This document shows, piece after piece, positions 16,061 to 24,900 of a stretch of 34,758 nt of DNA. The DNA lies in the NCBI GenBank assembly GCA_964009815.1, contig CAXGJQ010000002.1:1-34758 (forward strand), written 5' to 3'. The stretch comes from an uncultured Candidatus Poseidoniales archaeon (GTDB taxonomy: Archaea; Thermoplasmatota; Poseidoniia; Poseidoniales; Poseidoniaceae). The number at the start of each line of letters is the position of its first letter. Position 1 is the stretch's first letter. A program made the translations under genes and the position numbers. Below the pieces are notes generated by a model. It saw nothing but the letters and a program-made list of their open reading frames with translations, made no database searches and was not told where the DNA came from.

Positions 16061-19000
16061 GGTTGCTGGTAGTTGGGGTCAGGAACCCACTGGTTGGTCG
16101 CTTGGTCCCAGAGCCATCCCGGGTGTTGGGACGAAGCCGCTGCTGCTTCGACTCCTGGAGCCACCGCTGCTGCTTCTTGTGGAATCGCGGGAGTTTGCTT
16201 GGCCTTGGCCCATGCGTACGGGTCTTCCTCAACGGGGCTGTCATCACCGGTCAGTTCATCCTCATCGGGAATTTCTTCGAATTCAATGAAGAAGAAAGCG
16301 CCCGCTCCAAGAAGGACCAAGACGGCCAAAACGATGAGAATGATGCTGATCACGCCAGAACCTCCGTCATCGCCGCTGGACACCACGATGGCGAATTCTG
16401 CATTATCGGTTTGACCTGCGAATTTGAAGATCTGTCCGTCCATCTCAAAGATGACGTCCGATGAACCTTCAATACCGCTGAGTTGCCCTGCGTTGAGTTG
16501 CATGTTCCATGAACCATCCGAGAGGACACGAGTGGAGTTGAGCTTTGCATTTCCATCGGAAAATCGTGCAATAACGAGACTGCCTGGCAGACCTTCACCT
16601 TGGAATTCGGCAGGGTCATTCACGGTGATATCTCCAGTGTCGGTTCGCTCTACCGTGAACGAAACAGCCCGCACGAGGAAGTTCATTCGCAGCGAGAAGG
16701 CTTTGGATTCTTGGTCATCTTGGGCGTAAACAATCACGCTGTTCAGCGACCAATCGGGTATGCTGGCGGTCGTTTGAGCCATGTAGGACATTGGGTCATA
16801 GGTGAGAACGCCGAGTGGTGTGATGGTAATGAAGTCGTCATAGAAATCATCCTCGATGGTCTCATCATCGTCAAAGACGTAAAATTCGAGGTCATTCCCT
16901 GCAACACCCGTTCCGTCGGGGTCTGAAAAGAATTCAGCGAGGTCAAAGGTCACACCGCCTCCACATCGGTCAAACGAATTCGAGTTCGCATCACAAAAGA
17001 TGGTCCATGTGGAAACCCATCCGGTTTCGTTGAACAGAGGGTCAAGGTTTTCGGCATCCAATGGATTGTTGATGGTCATTCGCCAAACGGATACTTCGGA
17101 ATAATCATCGCCGTCGTAAGCCTTGACGGAAACGGAGTAAACGCTGTCGTGAACCAACTTAGACGTGTCCCAAGTAGCCACCCACGAGCCGTCAATGGCG
17201 AAGTTGGTCACCGGCAGCGGACCATTGTTCAGGACGATACCGTTGGCCAAATCAGTGATTTCAATCTCAACACGGGTCACGAAACCTCCGATGTCCCGAG
17301 CAACCCCAATGATCTTGGTTTCTTCCGAGGCACGAATGGTATCTCCGTCAATGCCGCCAGAGGACTGGTCTTCGGCTCCAATCCAAGAGAGTTGGAGGTT
17401 GGGAGGGATGTTGTCGTTGTTGATGGTAATGGTTCGGGTCTCAACGACACACGCTGATGAATCGTCAATGCAGAAATCGCTGTCAGCAGCCCACACCTCT
17501 ATGGTGTAGTCCCCTGTGGGTAATTCGGAAACCAACCATTCGTACGACCAACTGGTAGAACCCTGCTGGAAGAATTGCTGTTCGAAATCGTTTGGCCCCA
17601 TGATGTGGAACCAAATTTGTTGGACATCGCTGCCGTAAGTTCCCTGATACGGGTCAGAAGCCGTTCCTTGGAAGAGGACCCTACCGTTTTGATGAACACT
17701 ACCTTCCGTGGGGACGTCAACCAAGATGGTTGGCGGGACAAGGTTGAGTTTGTACTGGCGCACCTCAATGGGCGAGTAATCCAAACCGTCGTAGGACCGA
17801 ATACGGAACGTAATGTCGCCCTCACCTTCTGGATGAGCGGCTCCGTCCCATTCGTAGACCCAATCCTTGAACGGATGTGTTTCCATGGTGATTTCACCGT
17901 TGGCACCGGATAAGTCTGAGGCGTAGAACCAATCGCTGGAACCAGGTGGCTGAATCTCAACCCGCTTCACCATTCCGAACTGGGCTTGTTGGGCGGTGTT
18001 GTCATTGGCGTAAGGCCATTTGGCACCGTCCCATGCCTGTCCCGTTATGCGAACAGTCGTGGCGTAGGAATAGCCATCGGGTTCGTTGACCCACACACCG
18101 GGGCGGAGGTTTTCGAGGTTGATGACATCGTCAATCGGTCCAGTGAGTACGTAGGAGAAGTCATCGGTACCACTGCCGAACTTGGAGGCTTCAACGGTAT
18201 AGAACGGGCGCTCTCGGCCATTGATACAGTCAGAGTCATCGCCGTCGACATAGGTATCTCCGTCGTTGTCAATACCGTCTGCGCATGAGTCTTCGTCAAC
18301 GACGACGGGTTGACCAGTTCCATCGTTGGAACCAGGGATGGCTGCGTTCTTATCACCCACGATGTGGTTCCAGTTGCGGTCAAGGAGGAAGTCGGATGGA
18401 AGAGAAACCTCGGGCGTGAAACCAAAGGCGTCCGTGGTCAATTCGTAGAGTGGAAGACCGGTCGAATCCTTGATAATGACCGTGGCACCCTCAACGTTGG
18501 AGTTCTTGGCCTTCACTTGGTATCGCACCAATTCACCCTCACGAACCTGTGAGCCCCAAGCTGTGTTTTGATTTTGAATGTGGATCATTGAGGAATCGAA
18601 GTTTTGCAGGTCAGCAAATGAAAAGACTGTAGCGTTTTCGACAAGTTCCAATGCAAGTGGCATGCCGGTAGGGGGCAAGGCAACGGTTCCGGGAAGTTGC
18701 AAACATTCGTCTTGGACGAACGGACACTCAGCGCCCAGCCAACGGATGTTGACCGGGTAAAGTTCGCCGTATCCAGGAGATGGAATTTGCTCAGATTGCA
18801 CAGTAACTCGGGATTCTGTGACGTTGTAGACTTGAGAAACGCCCGTCCATGAATTCCCAGAGAAGTAGGCGATGGACCCGTATTTGTTACCATAATTGTC
18901 ATCGTGAACACTTACGTTGCCAGCGAATCCACCTTGGGAATCAGCGGTGTTTCGCTGCACGTTGATGAGCGAACCCTTGGCTCGAATGATATCCCCCGTG

Positions 19001-20427
19001 TTATCGGTGATGATGTTGTCAAGGATGGTGGCCGAAGAACGGAACACGTGAACAGCAGGACATGGGAAGTCGCCGTCGTACATTTGGGAGTTGCAGGTAC
19101 CTGAGTTGTTCGAAATGGCGTTGTTAGCGAGGTAAAGGCGAGCAGCCGTAGGTGCGGGCACCTGCCAGCCTTGGTCTTGGTAGTGATATTCACCGATCAA
19201 GACCGGCTCTTTTGCAGTTTCCGAGATGGTGTTGTTTTCAGCGATAACATCCGAGGTTCCGTAAATCCATATGCCGTTCCAACCACCAATGGGACCAATG
19301 TTGTTGTTGTGGAGTTCAACAACTGAGCTCCGAATACCGACACCTGAACCATCCGATGCCCCGGAGATGGTGTTTCCTTCTGCATACACTTTGGCTCCGT
19401 CGTAAGCGGTAATTCCCGCACCCTCTTCTGTGGTGATGTCGTTGTTGTTCACCTCGAGTGTGTGTTCAATGATGCCAGTGGTCTTGAGCGAATTGGTGTC
19501 GACAGCGTTGCACTTTACATCAATTTTTGAATTCGTAAGGGTACCCGAACTTGATTTCATGAGAACGCCGTATGCGTTGTCTTTGATGTCGAGGTTGTCC
19601 ATGTCAATGTAGGAATTCTCGATGTAAATCACTGCACGGCCACCGCCTTGCTGACCACAATCGGCATCGTTGCCCGTAAAGGCGGAATTCTTGACCTCAA
19701 ACGTCGAAAGAATACCTGCTCCTGCGTCATAGGCTCGAACGGCGGCAGCGTCGTATCCCTGTCCGTCAACACCGAGTTCGAAGGTTGAATCGGTGAGGAG
19801 CGGTGAGGCGAAATCTACGGCGATAACGTTGGAGGTATTGATGTCCGTGAAGGTCAGACCTCGAGCGGTTGTGCTTGAACCGTCAAAGACGATGGCACCG
19901 TATTGAACGGATTGAAGGGAAGCAACGTAGATTGGGTAGCCGTAAGCGTTCTCAAAGTGCGCATAGTTGATGGAAGTGACGGCTTGGTCAATGGTGTCTC
20001 GAATGATCAAGCCAGAGCCACACGCCGCATCGGGGTTGTTGAGGACATTGCTGTCGGCGACCAAGCATCGTCCAGTCTTGGTGTAGTCCGTTGGAAGCGA
20101 CCAGATGAAGCGAGCTTGGGACGAAGATGAACCTGCACTTGCACCACAAGCGGCGTCTCCAATGCAGATACCACCCTTCACGTCGATGAATTTCCCGAAC
20201 GGGATGTTGATGGTGGTTCCTGCGTTGACAATGAGCTTAGCACCTTCAGCGACTTCGACATCCCCTTGCAGGTTCATGGTGCCAGACCAGGTCTCGGTGC
20301 CTGTCACGGTACCCTGTGTGGTTTCATTGACGGCTGAGGCGGCGGGAACGCTGACCATCACCATCAGAAGTGACATCATGTAGAGCATCACGAGAGAGAC
20401 GGATTTGGTTCGATTATTTTCAGACAT
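16048..20427 (-). CDS. Surface-anchored protein with right-handed parallel beta-helix (PbH1/NosD-like) repeats, Ig-like domains, C-terminal TM helix and 78-aa cytoplasmic tail
   Basis: The track ORF is 16048..20502. I prefer the ATG at 20427 (MSENNRTKSVSLVMLYMMSLLMVMVSVPAASA/VNE, a clear signal peptide). TATTATAT lies 35 nt upstream of it and GGTGA lies 7 nt upstream. Beta-helix turns are visible, for example NSYIDMDNLDIKDNAYGVLM, NNNDITTEEGAGITAYDGAKVYAEGNTISGASDGSGVGIRSSVVELHNNNIG, ENNTISE, LANNAISNN and LDNIITDNTGDII. Ig-like modules follow. The TM helix GVISIILIVLAVLVLLGAGAFFFI lies at about 16285..16356. Confidence 0.75.
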   Translation of the reverse strand: MSENNRTKSVSLVMLYMMSLLMVMVSVPAASAVNETTQGTVTGTETWSGTMNLQGDVEVAEGAKLIVNAGTTINIPFGKFIDVKGGICIGDAACGASAGSSSSQARFIWSLPTDYTKTGRCLVADSNVLNNPDAACGSGLIIRDTIDQAVTSINYAHFENAYGYPIYVASLQSVQYGAIVFDGSSTTARGLTFTDINTSNVIAVDFASPLLTDSTFELGVDGQGYDAAAVRAYDAGAGILSTFEVKNSAFTGNDADCGQQGGGRAVIYIENSYIDMDNLDIKDNAYGVLMKSSSGTLTNSKIDVKCNAVDTNSLKTTGIIEHTLEVNNNDITTEEGAGITAYDGAKVYAEGNTISGASDGSGVGIRSSVVELHNNNIGPIGGWNGIWIYGTSDVIAENNTISETAKEPVLIGEYHYQDQGWQVPAPTAARLYLANNAISNNSGTCNSQMYDGDFPCPAVHVFRSSATILDNIITDNTGDIIRAKGSLINVQRNTADSQGGFAGNVSVHDDNYGNKYGSIAYFSGNSWTGVSQVYNVTESRVTVQSEQIPSPGYGELYPVNIRWLGAECPFVQDECLQLPGTVALPPTGMPLALELVENATVFSFADLQNFDSSMIHIQNQNTAWGSQVREGELVRYQVKAKNSNVEGATVIIKDSTGLPLYELTTDAFGFTPEVSLPSDFLLDRNWNHIVGDKNAAIPGSNDGTGQPVVVDEDSCADGIDNDGDTYVDGDDSDCINGRERPFYTVEASKFGSGTDDFSYVLTGPIDDVINLENLRPGVWVNEPDGYSYATTVRITGQAWDGAKWPYANDNTAQQAQFGMVKRVEIQPPGSSDWFYASDLSGANGEITMETHPFKDWVYEWDGAAHPEGEGDITFRIRSYDGLDYSPIEVRQYKLNLVPPTILVDVPTEGSVHQNGRVLFQGTASDPYQGTYGSDVQQIWFHIMGPNDFEQQFFQQGSTSWSYEWLVSELPTGDYTIEVWAADSDFCIDDSSACVVETRTITINNDNIPPNLQLSWIGAEDQSSGGIDGDTIRASEETKIIGVARDIGGFVTRVEIEITDLANGIVLNNGPLPVTNFAIDGSWVATWDTSKLVHDSVYSVSVKAYDGDDYSEVSVWRMTINNPLDAENLDPLFNETGWVSTWTIFCDANSNSFDRCGGGVTFDLAEFFSDPDGTGVAGNDLEFYVFDDDETIEDDFYDDFITITPLGVLTYDPMSYMAQTTASIPDWSLNSVIVYAQDDQESKAFSLRMNFLVRAVSFTVERTDTGDITVNDPAEFQGEGLPGSLVIARFSDGNAKLNSTRVLSDGSWNMQLNAGQLSGIEGSSDVIFEMDGQIFKFAGQTDNAEFAIVVSSGDDGGSGVISIILIVLAVLVLLGAGAFFFIEFEEIPDEDELTGDDSPVEEDPYAWAKAKQTPAIPQEAAAVAPGVEAAAASSQHPGWLWDQATNQWVPDPNYQQPPQQ

Positions 20428-20462
20428 CAGCAATTCACCGGTTCTGTCCATGAACGCCACGA

Positions 20463-20470
20463 ATATAATA
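20463..20470 (-). promoter_or_regulatory. Candidate archaeal TATA box (TATTATAT) for the beta-helix surface protein gene
   Basis: The minus strand reads TATTATAT-(35 nt)-ATG(20427). It lies in the most AT-rich intergenic stretch of the window. Confidence 0.4.
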
Positions 20471-20490
20471 CTGCGCCTCATTTGGCAAAA

Positions 20491-20520
20491 AAAGAATATC
20501 ATTAGACTGAAAGAATATCA
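20491..20520 (-). promoter_or_regulatory. Perfect 11-nt direct repeat (plus strand AAAGAATATCA, minus strand TGATATTCTTT) x2 with 19-nt period, just upstream of the candidate TATA box
   Basis: The copies are at 20491..20501 and 20510..20520. A third GAATAT core at 20461..20466 overlaps the TATA candidate. Confidence 0.35.
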
Positions 20521-20574
20521 ATTAATTTGCCGGATTCACGCACTATGTTGTAAGGAAAGGGTAGAAATTACGAT

Positions 20575-20621
20575 AAAAATGCGAGATTTCGGCAAATCAA
20601 ATTCAGCTGAATACGACAAAA
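20575..20621 (-). terminator. T4 and T5 tracts downstream of the subtilase stop
   Basis: The minus strand reads TGA gtgcga TTTT gtcg ... cgca TTTTT atcg. Confidence 0.3.
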
Positions 20622-20627
20622 TCGCAC

Positions 20628-21836
20628 TCAGCATCCCGAAATTGCACGAGATTGACTCAACCAAGCCTCAGCATTGAGAAAGCCATAGCCCCCTCGCTCA
20701 TCATGATTTACTGGGTCAGAAACCAGCGAATCCATGAGCGCCTGTTTGACCTGAATCAAACATGATGCATCGCCCCCAGGTTGAGGTTTGAGTCGTGGTT
20801 GGTCTTCAAGGATCAGGGCGAGGGCGCCGGTGACAAACACCGTGGCATCCGAAGAACCACTGCTTGAATACCAGAGATTGTCTTCACCGGTACTGATGAT
20901 GCGTTCCCCGGGTGCCACGACTTCCGGTTTCATGTGGGGATGTTGACGAGCATCTCCATTGCGGTCGGTGGTATCGCCCATCGATGAATTGGACCAAACA
21001 TTGCCCTCTCGGACCGTTGCGCCGACGGATATCGCCAAGGCTACACTGCCCGGAGAGGCGACATCTCCATCGTCTTCGAGACCATCGTTTCCTGCAGCAG
21101 CCACCACGTAAATTCCTGCATCAGTCGCCTGCCGAGTGGCGGCTGATGAACCACCTTCTAGGTTGCCAGCATCATTAGAACCACCAAGGGACAGCGAAAT
21201 AATGTCGGCATTGAATTCAAACTGACACCAACGAATGGCGTCAGCAACGTCCGAATCAAGGCCCGTGTTTTCACCATCCCCATTGTCTTCCAGCGCTGCC
21301 ACCATGGCGAACGAGACGTTGGGGGCAGCCCCGAATTGGGCACCATCTTGTGAAAGGAGAATGCCGGACATCAAAGTACCGTGAGCTACGGCTCCATAGT
21401 CCAACGGTAGACGAGAAGCACCCACGATGTCCTTGAACGTGATGTCCACGCCGGCGAACGCCTCATGGGTTCCATCGATGCCGGTGTCGACCATGCACAC
21501 TCGAACGCCTTCACCGGTCAGGCCGGCATCTTGTACCCCTCGAATCGAAGTGTCCTCAAAAGCCCACTCTGATTTTGGTGCAGGGAGGTCCACGACGAGC
21601 CACTGATTCTGCCACATCAATACGCTGATGGAAATCAAGAGAGCGAAGAGGACCACACCCGATATCGAAAATCGTTGGCGGTTGTAGCGCATCACCGGTT
21701 CTACCGGGAGCGGAGCCCACCCCATGGTCTCGGCACGCCACTGGTCTTGGAAGCCAATAGCGGCAGGGTCTACGGCCGAAAGAATGCGACGGTCCGACGG
21801 TTCTGGAAGGTATTCCACATCGCGTAGGCCTTCCAT
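20628..21836 (-). CDS. Membrane-anchored subtilisin-family (S8) serine protease
   Basis: 402 aa. The catalytic residues are in canonical order and context: D117 in CMVDTGIDGTH (21486..21488), H152 in AHGTLMSG (21381..21383), oxyanion N250 in AAAGNDG, and S329 in SSGSSDATVFVTGALAL (20850..20852). The N-terminus has a ~55-aa cytoplasmic segment, then a single TM helix (FSISGVVLFALLISISVLMW). There is no room for an I9-type propeptide. Confidence 0.88.
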   Translation of the reverse strand: MEGLRDVEYLPEPSDRRILSAVDPAAIGFQDQWRAETMGWAPLPVEPVMRYNRQRFSISGVVLFALLISISVLMWQNQWLVVDLPAPKSEWAFEDTSIRGVQDAGLTGEGVRVCMVDTGIDGTHEAFAGVDITFKDIVGASRLPLDYGAVAHGTLMSGILLSQDGAQFGAAPNVSFAMVAALEDNGDGENTGLDSDVADAIRWCQFEFNADIISLSLGGSNDAGNLEGGSSAATRQATDAGIYVVAAAGNDGLEDDGDVASPGSVALAISVGATVREGNVWSNSSMGDTTDRNGDARQHPHMKPEVVAPGERIISTGEDNLWYSSSGSSDATVFVTGALALILEDQPRLKPQPGGDASCLIQVKQALMDSLVSDPVNHDERGGYGFLNAEAWLSQSRAISGC

Positions 21837-21878
21837 GGCTCACGCTATCCCACTGTTTTCCTCATGAACCCTTGTTTG

Positions 21879-21893
21879 AAAAATCAAGCAAAA
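21879..21893 (-). terminator. T4 and T5 tracts within 25 nt downstream of the aglB stop
   Basis: The minus strand reads TGA tgttcac TTTT gcttga TTTTT caaac. The same T-rich element could also act as a TATA-like element, since it lies about 40 nt upstream of the subtilase ATG. Confidence 0.35.
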
Positions 21894-21900
21894 GTGAACA

Positions 21901-24900
21901 TCAGAACTTGGTTCCGCCTCGGCTACGAGCAGTGCGAACTCCACCGTAGACCACGAGAATGGCCAACAGTGCGATGAGGAGTGTCATCCAAATCGATTCA
22001 CCATCGGCGGTGGATTCGATGTTGTATTCCAAAGCGAAGTCATCATCCGAAGGCTTCGATTCTACGCTGTTCGCTTCCGCTCCCGCCACTTCAACTCGAT
22101 AGTCAAAGCGCTGGTTGCCTTGCATAAAGGTGAGTCCCTCAAAGACGGCGACACCTTCTCCACCGGCTGGAACAGCGATGGATTGGGAAAGTTCAGCGCC
22201 GTTCGGAGGCGTGAGGTAAACAATCACTGAAGGAGCGTCAAGCAAACCTTCGTTCACGATAGGAACACGCACAGCACCGACCTTATCGGCGATGAGGTCA
22301 GATTCAGTGGCAATGCGAGCCGTGTCCAAGGTGAGATAGATCGTGGCCTTCTTGATGCTCACTTCGACTTCTTGACGTTCAACGTTTTCATCCTGGCTGT
22401 TGACGTAGACGGTGAGGTCAAAGTCGCCTTCCGTAAAGGACTCTGGAGCAAAGACGGTGAACTGTTGTGTTCGCGTCTCACCCTTGTTAAGGGTCAACGT
22501 CGAAGCCATCGGCGTGACGGACCAGTCCTCGGGGATGCCGCTTTCAAGCAATTCAATGGTAAAGGTGTCCTGTCCGTTTCCATCGTTGGTCAACGCAAAG
22601 GAGAACTGACGCTCAACCAGGGCAGACATGCCCAATTCCTCAGTAGCATCCGATACGGTGAAACCGAACGATTGTGGAACAAACACCTTGACAGAGCCTT
22701 GAGATGATTCTCCCAAGTCCGTCTCGAGACGCAACGTCATACGGTGGCCGTTGGTGAGATGCCAAGCATCTGCGACGTCAGGCAGCGTGATTTGCACCTT
22801 CACGGTCGTACTGAGTACGGCCTCTGTTGAATTATCACCAATTCCAAGAGCCACGTTGATGGTGTCCTCGTAAGCACCTTGGCCATCATCAGCCGAGGCG
22901 TTCCAAAACTGAACATTCCATAGGTCTGAATCTTGAGCCAAGCCCATCTCGCCCTCGACTGAGAAGATATCCATCGTCTCGGTTCCGTTGTAAACCACTT
23001 CGTAATCAAACGTAATGACCGAGTAAACCGATTCGTTGGATGAGGAAACAATCGCCTCAATTTCACCATCTACGGCGTTGAGCAGTGTACCATCCGTCAA
23101 GGAATCAGCACTGAATGAGATATCAAGGGCTGAGTTGACGCGGCGGTTGAAGTTCAACGTGGCAGAGATGGTTGAGTCAGCGTTGATGGTGGTCGTTTGG
23201 CCACCAAAGTATTCCATTTCGAGTTGAGAACTGTGTTGAACGGTCATGAACTCACCATCAAACGAAACACCGCCTTCAGGGAAGAGTTCCCGGAGTTGAC
23301 CAGAGGCAGGTACATCCATCATCCAAGCCATGTCATCAAAGGTGACCTCAAGCTCGACGGCCTCTTGAATCATGGAGAAACCATCGCTATCAGCACCAGC
23401 ATGGTGCTCATTTTGCTCAATGTCAGTCCAAGCCGTTGCGAGTTCAACGAATCCACCAAGGGCCATGGTCATGCTGATGTTGCCGCCGTTAGCGACGCTC
23501 GCATCAAGCAATCCAACAGCAACTCCTCCACCATTCGGTCCAAGGTTGGTTTGGGAAACCACAACGACCCATTCACCGGGTTGGACACTTGCCGACCATT
23601 CAAGGGTAGTACCGTTCATCGTACCACTTACTTCAACTGGCTCTCGTTCAACACCGGCGACGGGGTAAAGCACAATGCTTGCACCAACAAGCCGGTCAGC
23701 ATCAAGTTGGTCAGTAACCGTACCTTCTGCATCGACCAAACCAGCGGTCACCTCTATGTCAGTGGAATCAGGACTGTCGTGGACGGTGTATCCGGTTTGG
23801 TTGACGGTCTCGTAGTACACGGTCTCAAATCCTTCTTTCTCAACGGTCACGTTGTAGACATCACGGATTGGAACAAAGACTCGCCAGACTCCTTCATCAT
23901 CGGTGGCCACCGTGGTGGAGAATTCAGAGTTGTTGTCGCCAACAATCGTGACGTTCATCCCTGGCAGACCTTCACCGAAGCTTGGCACACTGTTGTTGTC
24001 AAGGTCCCAGTAGACCTTACCACCAATTTCGACTTCCAAGACCGCGTAAACGGGATCCAAGGTAAGGGAATTGTTCTCATCGGCGAGGTCGGTGGTGAAT
24101 GGAGCATCACTGGTGTCCATGAACCATGATTTCGTTCCAATGGTACGATTGAAGTAGAAACTCCATGTTCCCGGCATCAGTAGCTCTGTTGAGTTCCCTT
24201 CTGCATCGGTTCGGTCAAAGGTGATGTTGCCAAATCCATCATGGCTCACCGCAGTGACCGTCATGTCGCTCAGTGGCGACTCGGTCACGGCTTCCAACAA
24301 TTGCATAGAAACCTCTACGCTGAGGCTTGTGGTCATGTTAAGATTCAATCGGTCTGAGTTTGCATCAACCGTGAGGGGTTGGCGCAGCGTCTCCGTATTG
24401 TCACCGTTGGCGAACGGAGCCACAATGACCAACCACTCACCTGCAGGCACATAGGCGGCGAAACTACCGTTCTCATCTGACCCCAAATTGAACCATTCAT
24501 CATCGGCTTCGTTGTAGAGCAAGAACTCGTTGGCAATACCTTCGTTGGTGGTGTTAAAGAGCGTACCAGAAACAAGGTAGGTGTTCTTCAATGCCACGTC
24601 TACTGGGTCTTCGATGGCATCGAGACTGATGCGAATCGCATCGAAGAACTGCTCACCGACCAAGTCGTAATCTGTGGCGTTCTCATCACTGGCTGCCGTT
24701 CGGTTGAACACGAGGTCATAGCCACCGGGTGTCAAAGACACAGTGATGATTCCTGGTTCAGTGTAGTCTTCGGCCGTGTAGTAAATGCTGTCTTGGTTTT
24801 CATCGATTGGCCTCAGGCTGAAGGCAGGAGTGGCCATGGTTCCATTCTCAAAGGTGCCGTCCTCGGCAGCGTTGAGGTAAACATGCATTACCACATCGAT

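Noticed and set aside
21937-21990. Archaeosortase-type sorting signals (PGF-CTERM, PEF-CTERM) at the C-termini of the anchored giants
   Set aside because: The C-terminal helices are not preceded by a PGF/PEF tripeptide or a Thr/Ser-rich linker of the expected form. Two of the three have long cytoplasmic tails, not a short basic stub. They are better read as plain TM anchors.
23197-24129. A 310-aa plus-strand ORF, the longest unexplained ORF in the track, plus similar ones at 28834..29553, 27445..28017, 30199..30759, 6089..6757 and 4580..5176
   Set aside because: All lie antisense inside the giant minus-strand ORFs, whose own frames carry clear domain signatures (WWDYG, TSP3 repeats, Ig-like modules). 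Their translations are R/S/G/V/H-rich with no motifs, no signal of start context and no flanking intergenic space. This is typical of shadow ORFs in GC-moderate long genes.
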